Assembly (NCBI RefSeq): GCF_009914755.1
Contig: NC_060929.1
DNA: 64,000 bases
DNA from: the human T2T-CHM13v2.0 reference genome, Homo sapiens
Direction: 5' to 3' (one strand)
In this document: piece by piece, positions 1-12,395 of the stretch
Layout: every line of letters begins with the position of its first letter
How positions within the stretch are numbered: the stretch's first letter is position 1
Made by a program: the position numbers and the translations under genes
The notes under the pieces: model-generated
Seen by the model: the letters and a program-made list of their open reading frames with translations, nothing else
Told to the model about the DNA's origin: nothing
Databases searched by the model: none

Positions 1-3000
1 AATTCTGTAAGTGGATATTCTGACATCTTGTGGCCTTCGTTGGAAACGGGATTTCTTCATATTCTGCTAGACAGAAGAATTCTCAGAATCTTCCTTGTGT
101 TGTGTGTATTCAACTCACAGAGTTGAACGATGGTTTACACAGAGCAGATTTGAAACACTCATTTGGTGGAATTTGCAAGTGGAGATTTCAGCCGCTTTGA
201 GGTCAATGGTAGAAAAGGAAATATCTTCGTATAACAACTAGACAGAATGATTCTCAGAAACTTCTTTGTGATGTGTGTGTTCAACTCACAGAGTTTAACC
301 TTTCTTTTCATAGAGTAGTTAGGAAACACTGTGTTTTCAAACTCTGCAAGTGGATATTCAGACCTCTTTGAGGCCTTCGTTGGAAACGGGTTTCTTCATA
401 CTGTGCTAGACAGAAGAATTCTCAGTAACTTCCTTGTGTTGTGTGTATTCAACTCACAGAGTTGAACGATCCTTTACACAGAGCAGACTTGAAACACTCT
501 TTTTGTGGAATTTGCAAGTGGAGATTTCAGCCGCGTTGAGGTCAATGGTAGAAAAGGAAATATCTTCGTATAAAAACTAGACAGAATGATTCTCAGAAAC
601 TCCTTTGTGATGTGTGCATTCAACTCACAGAGTTTAACCTTTCTTTTCATAGAGCAGTTAGGAAACACTCTGCTTGTAAAGTCTGCAAGTGGATATTCAG
701 CCCTCTTTGAGGCCTTCGTTGGAAACGGGTTTTTTTCATATAAGGCTAGACAGAAGAATTCCCAGTAACTTCCTTGTGTTGTGTGTGTTCAACTCACAGA
801 GTTGAACTTTCATTTACACAGAGCAGATTTGAAACACTCTTTTTGTGGAATTTGCAAGTGGAGATTTCAAGCGCTTTGAGGCCAAAGGCAGAAAAGGAAA
901 TATCTTCGTATAAAAACTAGACAGAATCATTCTCAGAAACTGCTCTGTGATGTGTGCGTTCAACTCTCAGAGTTTAACTTTTCTTTTCATTCAGCAGTTT
1001 GGAAACACTCTGTTTGTAAAGTCTGCACGTGGATAATTTGACCACTTAGAGGCCTTCGTTGGAAACGGGTTTTTTTCATGTAAGGCTAGACAGAAGAGTT
1101 CTCAGTAACTTCCTTGTGTTGTGTGTATTCAACTCACACAGTTGAACGATCCTTTACAGAGAGCAGACTTGTAACACTCTTTTTGTGGAATTTGCAAGTG
1201 GAGATTTCAGCCGCTTTGAAGTCAAAGTAGAAAAGGAAATATCTTCCTATAAAAACTAGACAGAATGATTCTCAGAAACTCCTTTGTGATGTGTGCGTTC
1301 AACTCACAGAGTTTAACCTTTCTTTTCATAGAGCAGTTAGGAAACACTCTGTTTGTAAAGTCTGCAAGTGGATATTCAGACCTCTTTGAGGCCTTCGTTG
1401 GAAACGGGTTTTTTTCATATAAGGCTAGACAGAAGAATTCCCAGTAACTTCCTTGGGTTGTGTGTGTTCAACTCACAGAGTTGAACTTTCGTTTACACAG
1501 AGCAGATTTGAAACACTCTTTTTGTGGAATTTGCAGGTGGAGATTTCAAGCGCTTTGAGGCCAAAGGCAGAAAAGGAAATATCTTCGTAGAAAAACTAGA
1601 CAGAATCATTCTCAGAAACTGCTCTGCGATGTGTGCGTTCAACTCTCAGAGTTTAACTTTTCTTTTCATTCAGCAGTTTGGAAACACTCTGTTTGTAAAG
1701 TCTGCACGTGGATAATTTGACCACTTAGAGGCCTTCGTTGGAAACGGGTTTTTTTCATGTAAGGCTAGACAGAAGAATTCTCAGTAACTTCCTTGTGTTG
1801 TGTGTATTCAACTCACAGAGTTGAACGATCCTTTACACAGAGCAGACATGTAACACTCTTTTTCTGGAATTTGCAAGTGGAGATTTCAGCCGCTTTGAAG
1901 TCAAAGGTAGAAAAGGAAATATCTTCCTATAAAAACTAGACAGAATGATTCTCAGAAACTCCTTTGTGATGTGTGCGTTCAACTCACAGAGTTTAACCTT
2001 TCTTTTCATAGAGCAGTTAGGAAACACTCTGCTTGTAAAGTCTGCAAGTGGATATTCAGACCTCTTTGAGGCCTTCGTTGGAAACGGGATTTCTTCATAC
2101 TGTGCTAGACAGAAGAATTCTCAGTAACTTCCTTGTGTTGTGTGTATTCAACTCACAGAGTTGAACGATCCTTTACACAGAGCAGACTTGGAACACTGTT
2201 TTTGTGGAATTTGCAAGTGGAGATTTCAGCCGCGTTGAGGTCAATGGTAGAAAAGGAAATATCTTCCTATAAAAACTAGACAGAATGATTCTCAGAAACT
2301 CCTTTGTGATGTGTACGTTCAACTCACAGAGTTTAACCTTTCTTTTCATAGAGCAGTTAGGAAACACTCTGTTTGTAAAGTCTGCAAGTGGATATTGAGA
2401 CCTCTTTGAGGCCTTCGTTGGAAACGGGTTTTTTTCATATAAGGCTAGACAGAAGGATTCCCAGTAACTTCCTTGTGTTGTGTGTGTTCAACTCACAGAG
2501 TTGAACTTTCATTTACAAAGAGCAGATTTGAAACACTCTTTTTGTGGAATTTGCAAGTGGAGATTTCAAGCGCTTTGAGGCCAAAGGCAGAAAAGGAAAT
2601 ATCTTCGTATAAAAACTAGACAGAATCATTCTCAGAAACTGCTCTGCGATGTGTGCGTTCAACTCTCAGAGTTTAACTTTTCTTTTCATTCAGCAGTTTG
2701 GAAACACTCTGTTTGTAAAGTCTGCACGTGGATAATTTGACCACTTAGAGGCCTTCGTTGGAAACGGGTTTTTTTCATGTAAGGCTAGACAGAAGAATTC
2801 TCAGTAACTTCCTTGTGTTGTGTGTATTCAACTCACACAGTTGAACGATCCTTTACACAGAGCAGACTTGTAACACTCTTTTTGTGGAATTTGCAAGTGG
2901 AGATTTCAGCCGCTTTGAAGTCAAAGGTAGAAAAGGAAATATCTTCCTATAAAAACTAGACAGAATGATTCTCAGAAACTCCTTTGTGATGTGTGCGTTC

Positions 3001-3563
3001 AACTCACAGAGTTTAACCTTTCTTTTCATAGAGCAGTTAGGAAACACTCTGCTTGTAAAGTCTGCAAGTGGATATTCAGCCCTCTTTGAGGCCTTCGTTG
3101 GAAACGGGTTTTTTTCATATAAGGCTAGACAGAAGAATTCCCAGTAACTTCCTTGTGTTGTGTGTGTTCAACTCACAGAGTTGAACTTTGATTTACACAG
3201 AGCAGATTTGAAACACTCTTTTTGTGGAATTTGCAAGTGGAGATTTCAAGCGCTTTGAGGCCAAAGGCAGAAAAGGAAATATCTTCGTATAAAAACTAGA
3301 CAGAATCATTCTCAGAAACTGCTCTGCGATGTGTGCGTTCAACTCTCAGAGTTTAACTTTTCTTTTCATTCAGCAGTTTGGAAACACTCTGTTTGTAAAG
3401 TCTGCACGTGGATATTTTGACCACTTAGAGGCCTTCGTTGGAAACGGGTTTTTTTCCTGTAAGGCTAGACAGAAGAGTTCCCAGTAACTTCCTTGTGTTG
3501 TGTACATTCAACTCACAGAGTTGAACGTTCCCTTAGACAGAGCAGATTTGAAACACTCTTTTT
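1..3563 (+). repeat. Atypical 22-monomer HOR variant (start truncated by the window edge)
   Basis: Position 1 (AATTCTGTAAGTGGATATTCTGACATC) recurs at 3738, a spacing of 3737 bp or 22 monomers. An extra hybrid dimer lies near 1830-2170. Confidence 0.8.
35..51 (+). promoter_or_regulatory. CENP-B box (first copy; recurs every ~340 bp, roughly 188 copies expected from 64000/340)
   Basis: CTTCGTTGGAAACGGGA matches the 17-bp CENP-B box with core NTTCGNNNNANNCGGGN. Copies end in GGGA(TTTCTT) in the head dimers and in GGGT(TTTTTT) in the tetramer modules. Confidence 0.97.
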
Positions 3564-6500
3564 GTGCAATTGGCAAGTGGAGATTTCAAGCGCTTTAAGG
3601 TCAATGGCAGAAAAGGAAATATCTTCGTTTCAAAACTAGAGAGAATCATTCCCAAAAACTGCGTTGTGATGTGTTCGTTCATCTCACAGAGTTTAACCTT
3701 TCTTTTCATAGAGCAGTTAGGAAACAGTCTGTTTGTAAATTCTGTAAGTGGATATTCTGACATCTTGTGGCCTTCGTTGGAAACGGGATTTCTTCATATT
3801 CTGCTAGACAGAAGAATTCTCAGAATCTTCCTTGTGTTGTGTGTATTCAACTCACAGAGTTGAACGATGGTTTACACAGAGCAGATTTGAAACACTCTTT
3901 TTGTGGAATTTGCAAGTGGAGATTTCAGCCGCTTTGAGGTCAATGGTAGAAAAGGAAATATCTTCGTATAAAAACTAGACAGAATGATTCTCAGAAACTT
4001 CTTTGTGATGTGTGCGTTCAACTCACAGAGTTTAACCTTTCTTTTCATAGAGCAGTTAGGAAACACTCTGTTTGTAAACTCTGCAAGTGGATATTCAGAC
4101 CTCTTTGAGGCCTTCGTTGGAAACGGGATTTCTTCATACTATGCTAGACAGAAGAATTCTCAGTAACTTCCTTGTGTTGTGTGTATTCAACTCACAGAGT
4201 TGACCGATCCTTTACACAGAGCAGACTTGTAACACTCTTTTTGTGGAATTTGCAAGTGGAGATTTCAGCCGCTTTGAAGTCAAAGGTAGAAAAGGGAATA
4301 TCTTCCTATAAAAACTAGACAGAATGATTCTCAGAAACTCCTTTGTCATGTGTGCGTTCAACTCACAGAGTTTAACCTTTCTTTTCATAGAGCAGTTAGG
4401 AAACACTCTGTTTCTAAAGTCTGCAAGTGGATATTCAGACCTCTTTGAGGCCTTCGTTGGAAACGGGTTTTTTTCATATAAGGCTAGAGAGAAGAATTCC
4501 CAGTAACTTCCTTGTGTTGTGTGTGTTCAACTCACAGAGTTGAACTTTCATTTACACAGAGCAGATTTGAAACACTCTTTTTGTGGAATTTGCAAGTGGA
4601 GATTTCAAGCGCTGTGAGGCCAAAGGCAGAAAAGGAAATATCTTCGTATAAAAACTAGACAGAATCATTCTCAGAAACTGCTCTGCGATGTGTGCGTTCA
4701 ACTCTCAGAGTTTAACTTTTCTTTTCATTCAGCAGTTTGGAAACACTCTGTTTGTAAAGTCTGCACGTGGATAATTTGACCACTTAGAGGCCTTCGTTGG
4801 AAACGGGTTTTTTTCATGTAAGGCTAGACAGAAGAATTCTCAGTAACTTCCTTGTGTTGTGTGTATTCAACTCACACAGTTGAACGATCCTTTACACAGA
4901 GCAGACTTGTAACACTCTTTTTGTGGAATTTGCAAGTGGAGATTTCAGCCGCTTTGAAGTCAAATGAAGAAAAGGAAATATCTTCCTATAAAAACTAGAC
5001 AGAAAGATTCTCAGAAACTCCTTTGTGATGTGTGCGTTCAACTCACAGAGTTTAACCTTTCTTTTCATAGAGCAGTTAGGAAACACTCTGTTTGTAAAGT
5101 CTGCAAGTGGATATTCAGACCTCTTTGAGGCCTTCGTTGGAAACGGGTTTTTTTCATATAAGGCTAGACAGAAGAATTCCCAGTAACTTCCTTGTGTTGT
5201 GTGTGTTCAACTCACAGAGTTGAACTTTCATTTACACAGAGCAGATTTGAAACACTCTTTTTGTGGAATTTGCAAGTGGAGATTTCAAGCGCTTTGAGGC
5301 CAAAGGCAGAAAAGGAAATATCTTCGTATAAAAACTAGACAGAATCATTCTCAGAAACTGCTCTGCGATGTGTGCGTTCAACTCTCAGAGTTTAACTTTT
5401 CTTTTCATTCAGCAGTTTGGAAACACTCTGTTTGTAAAGTCTGCACGTGGATAATTTGACCACTTAGAGGCCTTCGTTGGAAACGGGTTTTTTTCATGTA
5501 AGGCTAGACAGAAGAGTTCTCAGTAACTTCCTTGTGTTGTGTGTATTCAACTCACACAGTTGAACGATCCTTTACAGAGAGCAGACTTGTAACACTCTTT
5601 TTGTGGAATTTGCAAGTGGAGATTTCAGCCGCTTTGAAGTCAAAGTAGAAAAGGAAATATCTTCCTATAAAAACTAGACAGAATGATTCTCAGAAACTCC
5701 TTTGTGATGTGTGCGTTCAACTCACAGAGTTTAACCTTTCTTTTCATAGAGCAGTTAGGAAACACTCTGTTTGTAAAGTCTGCAAGTGGATATTCAGACC
5801 TCTTTGAGGCCTTCGTTGGAAACGGGTTTTTTTCATATAAGGCTAGACAGAAGAATTCCCAGTAACTTCCTTGTGTTGTGTGTGTTCAACTCACAGAGTT
5901 GAACTTTCATTTACACAGAGCAGATTTGAAACACTCTTTTTGTGGAATTTGCAGGTGGAGATTTCAAGCGCTTTGAGGCCAAAGGCAGAAAAGGAAATAT
6001 CTTCGTATAAAAACTAGACAGAATCATTCTCAGAAACTGCTCTGCGATGTGTGCGTTCAACTCTCAGAGTTTAACTTTTCTTTTCATTCAGCAGTTTGGA
6101 AACACTCTGTTTGTAAAGTCTGCACGTGGATAATTTGACCACTTAGAGGCCTTCGTTGGAAACGGGTTTTTTTCATGTAAGGCTAGACAGAAGAATTCTC
6201 AGTAACTTCCTTGTGTTGTGTGTATTCAACTCACAGAGTTGAACGATCCTTTACACAGAGCAGACTTGTAACACTCTTTTTGTGGAATTTGCAAGTGGAG
6301 ATTTCAGCCGCTTTGAAGTCAAAGGTAGAAAAGGAAATATCTTCCTATAAAAACTAGACAGAATGATTCTCAGAAACTCCTTTGTGATGTGTGCGTTCAA
6401 CTCACAGAGTTTAACCTTTCTTTTCATAGAGCAGTTAGGAAACACTCTGCTTGTAAAGTCTGCAAGTGGATATTCAGCCCTCTTTGAGGCCTTCGTTGGA

Positions 6501-6960
6501 AACGGGTTTTTTTCATATAAGGCTAGACAGAAGAATTCCCAGTAACTTCCTTGTGTTGTGTGTGTTCAACTCACAGAGTTGAACTTTGATTTACACAGAG
6601 CAGATTTGAAACACTCTTTTTGTGGAATTTGCAAGTGGAGATTTCAAGCGCTTTGAGGCCAAAGGCAGAAAAGGAAATATCTTCGTATAAAAACTAGACA
6701 GAATCATTCTCAGAAACTGCTCTGCGATGTGTGCGTTCAACTCTCAGAGTTTAACTTTTCTTTTCATTCAGCAGTTTGGAAACACTCTGTTTGTAAAGTC
6801 TGCACGTGGATATTTTGACCACTTAGAGGCCTTCGTTGGAAACGGGTTTTTTCCTGTAAGGCTAGACAGAAGAATTCCCAGTAACTTCCTTGTGTTGTGT
6901 ACATTCAACTCACAGAGTTGAACGTTCCCTTAGACAGAGCAGATTTGAAACACTCTTTTT
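3564..6960 (+). repeat. 20-mer HOR, lineage A (head + 4 tetramer modules)
   Basis: Marker spacing 3397 bp. Confidence 0.9.
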
Positions 6961-8998
6961 GTGCAATTGGCAAGTGGAGATTTCAAGCGCTTTAAGGTCA
7001 ATGGCAGAAAAGGAAATATCTTCGTTTCAAAACTAGAGAGAATCATTCCCAAAAACTGCGTTGTGATGTGTTCGTTCATCTCACAGAGTTTAACCTTTCT
7101 TTTCATAGAGCAGTTAGGAAACAGTCTGTTTGTAAATTCTGTAAGTGGATATTCTGACATCTTGTGGCCTTCGTTGGAAACGGGATTTCTTCATATTCTG
7201 CTAGACAGAAGAATTCTCAGAATCTTCCTTGTGTTGTGTGTATTCAACTCACAGAGTTGAACGATGGTTTACACAGAGCAGATTTGAAACACTCTTTTTG
7301 TGGAATTTGCAAGTGGAGATTTCAGCCGCTTTGAGGTCAATGGTAGAAAAGGAAATATCTTCGTATAAAAACTAGACAGAATGATTCTCAGAAACTTCTT
7401 TGTGATGTGTGCGTTCAACTCACAGAGTTTAACCTTTCTTTTCATAGAGCAGTTAGGAAACACTCTGTTTGTAAACTCTGCAAGTGGATATTCAGACCTC
7501 TTTGAGGCCTTCGTTGGAAACGGGATTTCTTCATACTGTGCTAGACAGAAGAATTCTCAGTAACTTCCTTGTGTTGTGTGTATTCAACTCACAGAGTTGA
7601 CCGATCCTTTACACAGAGCAGACTTGTAACACTCTTTTTGTGGAATTTGCAAGTGGAGATTTCAGCCGCTTTGAAGTCAAAGGTAGAAAAGGGAATATCT
7701 TCCTATAAAAACTAGACAGAATGATTCTCAGAAACTCCTTTGTGATGTGTGCGTTCAACTCACAGAGTTTAACCTTTCTTTTCATAGAGCAGTTAGGAAA
7801 CACTCTGTTTCTAAAGTCTGCAAGTGGATATTCAGACCTCTTTGAGGCCTTCGTTGGAAACGGGTTTTTTTCATATAAGGCTAGACAGAAGAATTCCCAG
7901 TAACTTCCTTGTGTTGTGTGTGTTCAACTCACAGAGTTGAACTTTCATTTACACAGAGCAGATTTGAAACACTCTTTTTGTGGAATTTGCAGGTGGAGAT
8001 TTCAAGCGCTTTGAGGCCAAAGGCAGAAAAGGAAATATCTTCGTATAAAAACTAGACAGAATCATTCTCAGAAACTGCTCTGCGATGTGTGCGTTCAACT
8101 CTCAGAGTTTAACTTTTCTTTTCATTCAGCAGTTTGGAAACACTCTGTTTGTAAAGTCTGCACGTGGATATTTTGACCACTTAGAGGCCTTCGTTGGAAA
8201 CGGGTTTTTTTCATGTAAGGCTAGACAGAAGAATTCTCAGTAACTTCCTTGTGTTGTGTGTATTCAACTCACAGAGTTGAACGATCCTTTACACAGAGCA
8301 GACTTGTAACACTCTTTTTGTGGAATTTGCAAGTGGAGATTTCAGCCGCTTTGAAGTCAAAGGTAGAAAAGGAAATATCTTCCTATAAAAACTAGACAGA
8401 ATGATTCTCAGAAACTCCTTTGTGATGTGTGCGTTCAACTCACAGAGTTTAACCTTTCTTTTCATAGAGCAGTTAGGAAACACTCTGCTTGTAAAGTCTG
8501 CAAGTGGATATTCAGCCCTCTTTGAGGCCTTCGTTGGAAACGGGTTTTTTTCATATAAGGCTAGACAGAAGAATTCCCAGTAACTTCCTTGTGTTGTGTG
8601 TGTTCAACTCACAGAGTTGAACTTTGATTTACACAGAGCAGATTTGAAACACTCTTTTTGTGGAATTTGCAAGTGGAGATTTCAAGCGCTTTGAGGCCAA
8701 AGGCAGAAAAGGAAATATCTTCGTATAAAAACTAGACAGAATCATTCTCAGAAACTGCTCTGCGATGTGTGCGTTCAACTCTCAGAGTTTAACTTTTCTT
8801 TTCATTCAGCAGTTTGGAAACACTCTGTTTGTAAAGTCTGCACGTGGATATTTTGACCACTTAGAGGCCTTCGTTGGAAACGGGTTTTTTCCTGTAAGGC
8901 TAGACAGAAGAATTCCCAGTAACTTCCTTGTGTTGTGTACATTCAACTCACAAAGTTGAACGTTCCCTTAGACAGAGCAGAGTTGAAACACTCTTTTT
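6961..8998 (+). repeat. 12-mer HOR, lineage A (head + 2 tetramers)
   Basis: Marker spacing 2038 bp. Confidence 0.9.
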
Positions 8999-11900
8999 GT
9001 GCAATTGGCAAGTGGAGATTTCAAGCGCTTTAAGGTCAATGGCAGAAAAGGAAATATCTTCGTTTCAAAACTAGAGAGAATCATTCCCAAAAACTGCGTT
9101 GTGATGTGTTCGTTCATCTCACAGAGTTTAACCTTTCTTTTCATAGAGCAGTTAGGAAACAGTCTGTTTGTAAATTCTGTAAGTGGATATTCTGACATCT
9201 TGTGGCCTTCGTTGGAAACGGGATTTCTTCATATTCTGCTAGACAGAAGAATTCTCAGAATCTTCCTTGTGTTGTGTGTATTCAACTCACAGAGTTGAAC
9301 GATGGTTTACACAGAGCAGATTTGAAACACTCTTTTTGTGGAATTTGCAAGTGGAGATTTCAGCCGCTTTGAGGTCAATGGTAGAAAAGGAAATATCTTC
9401 GTATAAAAACTAGACAGAATGATTCTCAGAAACTTCTTTGTGATGTGTGCGTTCAACTCACAGAGTTTAACCTTTCTTTTCATAGAGCAGTTAGGAAACA
9501 CTCTGTTTGTAAACTCTGCAAGTGGATATTCAGACCTCTTTGAGGCCTTCGTTGGAAACGGGATTTCTTCATACTATGCTAGACAGAAGAATTCTCAGTA
9601 ACTTCCTTGTGTTGTGTGTATTCAACTCACAGAGTTGACCGATCCTTTACACAGAGCAGACTTGTAACACTCTTTTTGTGGAATTTGCAAGTGGAGATTT
9701 CAGCCGCTTTGAAGTCAAAGGTAGAAAAGGGAATATCTTCCTATAAAAACTAGACAGAATGATTCTCAGAAACTCCTTTGTCATGTGTGCGTTCAACTCA
9801 CAGAGTTTAACCTTTCTTTTCATAGAGCAGTTAGGAAACACTCTGTTTCTAAAGTCTGCAAGTGGATATTCAGACCTCTTTGAGGCCTTCGTTGGAAACG
9901 GGTTTTTTTCATATAAGGCTAGAGAGAAGAATTCCCAGTAACTTCCTTGTGTTGTGTGTGTTCAACTCACAGAGTTGAACTTTCATTTACACAGAGCAGA
10001 TTTGAAACACTCTTTTTGTGGAATTTGCAAGTGGAGATTTCAAGCGCTGTGAGGCCAAAGGCAGAAAAGGAAATATCTTCGTATAAAAACTAGACAGAAT
10101 CATTCTCAGAAACTGCTCTGCGATGTGTGCGTTCAACTCTCAGAGTTTAACTTTTCTTTTCATTCAGCAGTTTGGAAACACTCTGTTTGTAAAGTCTGCA
10201 CGTGGATAATTTGACCACTTAGAGGCCTTCGTTGGAAACGGGTTTTTTTCATGTAAGGCTAGACAGAAGAATTCTCAGTAACTTCCTTGTGTTGTGTGTA
10301 TTCAACTCACACAGTTGAACGATCCTTTACACAGAGCAGACTTGTAACACTCTTTTTGTGGAATTTGCAAGTGGAGATTTCAGCCGCTTTGATGTCAAAT
10401 GTAGAAAAGGAAATATCTTCCTATAAAAACTAGACAGAAAGATTCTCAGAAACTCCTTTGTGATGTGTGCGTTCAACTCACAGAGTTTAACCTTTCTTTT
10501 CATAGAGCAGTTAGGAAACACTCTGTTTGTAAAGTCTGCAAGTGGATATTCAGACCTCTTTGAGGCCTTCGTTGGAAACGGGTTTTTTTCATATAAGGCT
10601 AGACAGAAGAATTCCCAGTAACTTCCTTGTGTTGTGTGTGTTCAACTCACAGAGTTGAACTTTCATTTACACAGAGCAGATTTGAAACACTCTTTTTGTG
10701 GAATTTGCAAGTGGAGATTTCAAGCGCTTTGAGGCCAAAGGCAGAAAAGGAAATATCTTCGTATAAAAACTAGACAGAATCATTCTCAGAAACTGCTCTG
10801 CGATGTGTGCGTTCAACTCTCAGAGTTTAACTTTTCTTTTCATTCAGCAGTTTGGAAACACTCTGTTTGTAAAGTCTGCACGTGGATAATTTGACCACTT
10901 AGAGGCCTTCGTTGGAAACGGGTTTTTTTCATGTAAGGCTAGACAGAAGAGTTCTCAGTAACTTCCTTGTGTTGTGTGTATTCAACTCACACAGTTGAAC
11001 GATCCTTTACAGAGAGCAGACTTGTAACACTCTTTTTGTGGAATTTGCAAGTGGAGATTTCAGCCGCTTTGAAGTCAAAGTAGAAAAGGAAATATCTTCC
11101 TATAAAAACTAGACAGAATGATTCTCAGAAACTCCTTTGTGATGTGTGCGTTCAACTCACAGAGTTTAACCTTTCTTTTCATAGAGCAGTTAGGAAACAC
11201 TCTGTTTGTAAAGTCTGCAAGTGGATATTCAGACCTCTTTGAGGCCTTCGTTGGAAACGGGTTTTTTTCATATAAGGCTAGACAGAAGAATTCCCAGTAA
11301 CTTCCTTGTGTTGTGTGTGTTCAACTCACAGAGTTGAACTTTCATTTACACAGAGCAGATTTGAAACACTCTTTTTGTGGAATTTGCAGGTGGAGATTTC
11401 AAGCGCTTTGAGGCCAAAGGCAGAAAAGGAAATATCTTCGTATAAAAACTAGACAGAATCATTCTCAGAAACTGCTCTGCGATGTGTGCGTTCAACTCTC
11501 AGAGTTTAACTTTTCTTTTCATTCAGCAGTTTGGAAACACTCTGTTTGTAAAGTCTGCACGTGGATAATTTGACCACTTAGAGGCCTTCGTTGGAAACGG
11601 GTTTTTTTCATGTAAGGCTAGACAGAAGAATTCTCAGTAACTTCCTTGTGTTGTGTGTATTCAACTCACAGAGTTGAACGATCCTTTACACAGAGCAGAC
11701 TTGTAACACTCTTTTTGTGGAATTTGCAAGTGGAGATTTCAGCCGCTTTGAAGTCAAAGGTAGAAAAGGAAATATCTTCCTATAAAAACTAGACAGAATG
11801 ATTCTCAGAAACTCCTTTGTGATGTGTGCGTTCAACTCACAGAGTTTAACCTTTCTTTTCATAGAGCAGTTAGGAAACACTCTGCTTGTAAAGTCTGCAA

Positions 11901-12395
11901 GTGGATATTCAGCCCTCTTTGAGGCCTTCGTTGGAAACGGGTTTTTTTCATATAAGGCTAGACAGAAGAATTCCCAGTAACTTCCTTGTGTTGTGTGTGT
12001 TCAACTCACAGAGTTGAACTTTGATTTACACAGAGCAGATTTGAAACACTCTTTTTGTGGAATTTGCAAGTGGAGATTTCAAGCGCTTTGAGGCCAAAGG
12101 CAGAAAAGGAAATATCTTCGTATAAAAACTAGACAGAATCATTCTCAGAAACTGCTCTGCGATGTGTGCGTTCAACTCTCAGAGTTTAACTTTTCTTTTC
12201 ATTCAGCAGTTTGGAAACACTCTGTTTGTAAAGTCTGCACGTGGATATTTTGACCACTTAGAGGCCTTCGTTGGAAACGGGTTTTTTCCTGTAAGGCTAG
12301 ACAGAAGAATTCCCAGTAACTTCCTTGTGTTGTGTACATTCAACTCACAGAGTTGAACGTTCCCTTAGACAGAGCAGATTTGAAACACTCTTTTT
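8999..12395 (+). repeat. 20-mer HOR, lineage A
   Basis: Marker spacing 3397 bp; near copy of 3564-6960. Confidence 0.9.

Noticed and set aside
727-738. GGG followed by a T7 run as a possible terminator
   Set aside because: There is no upstream hairpin or transcription unit; it is a sequence variant flanking the CENP-B box.
1024-1031. E-box CACGTG and short palindromes (GAATTC, AGCGCT, AGGCCT) recurring in each module
   Set aside because: Short motifs are multiplied trivially by tandem repetition, and the sequence alone gives no evidence of function.
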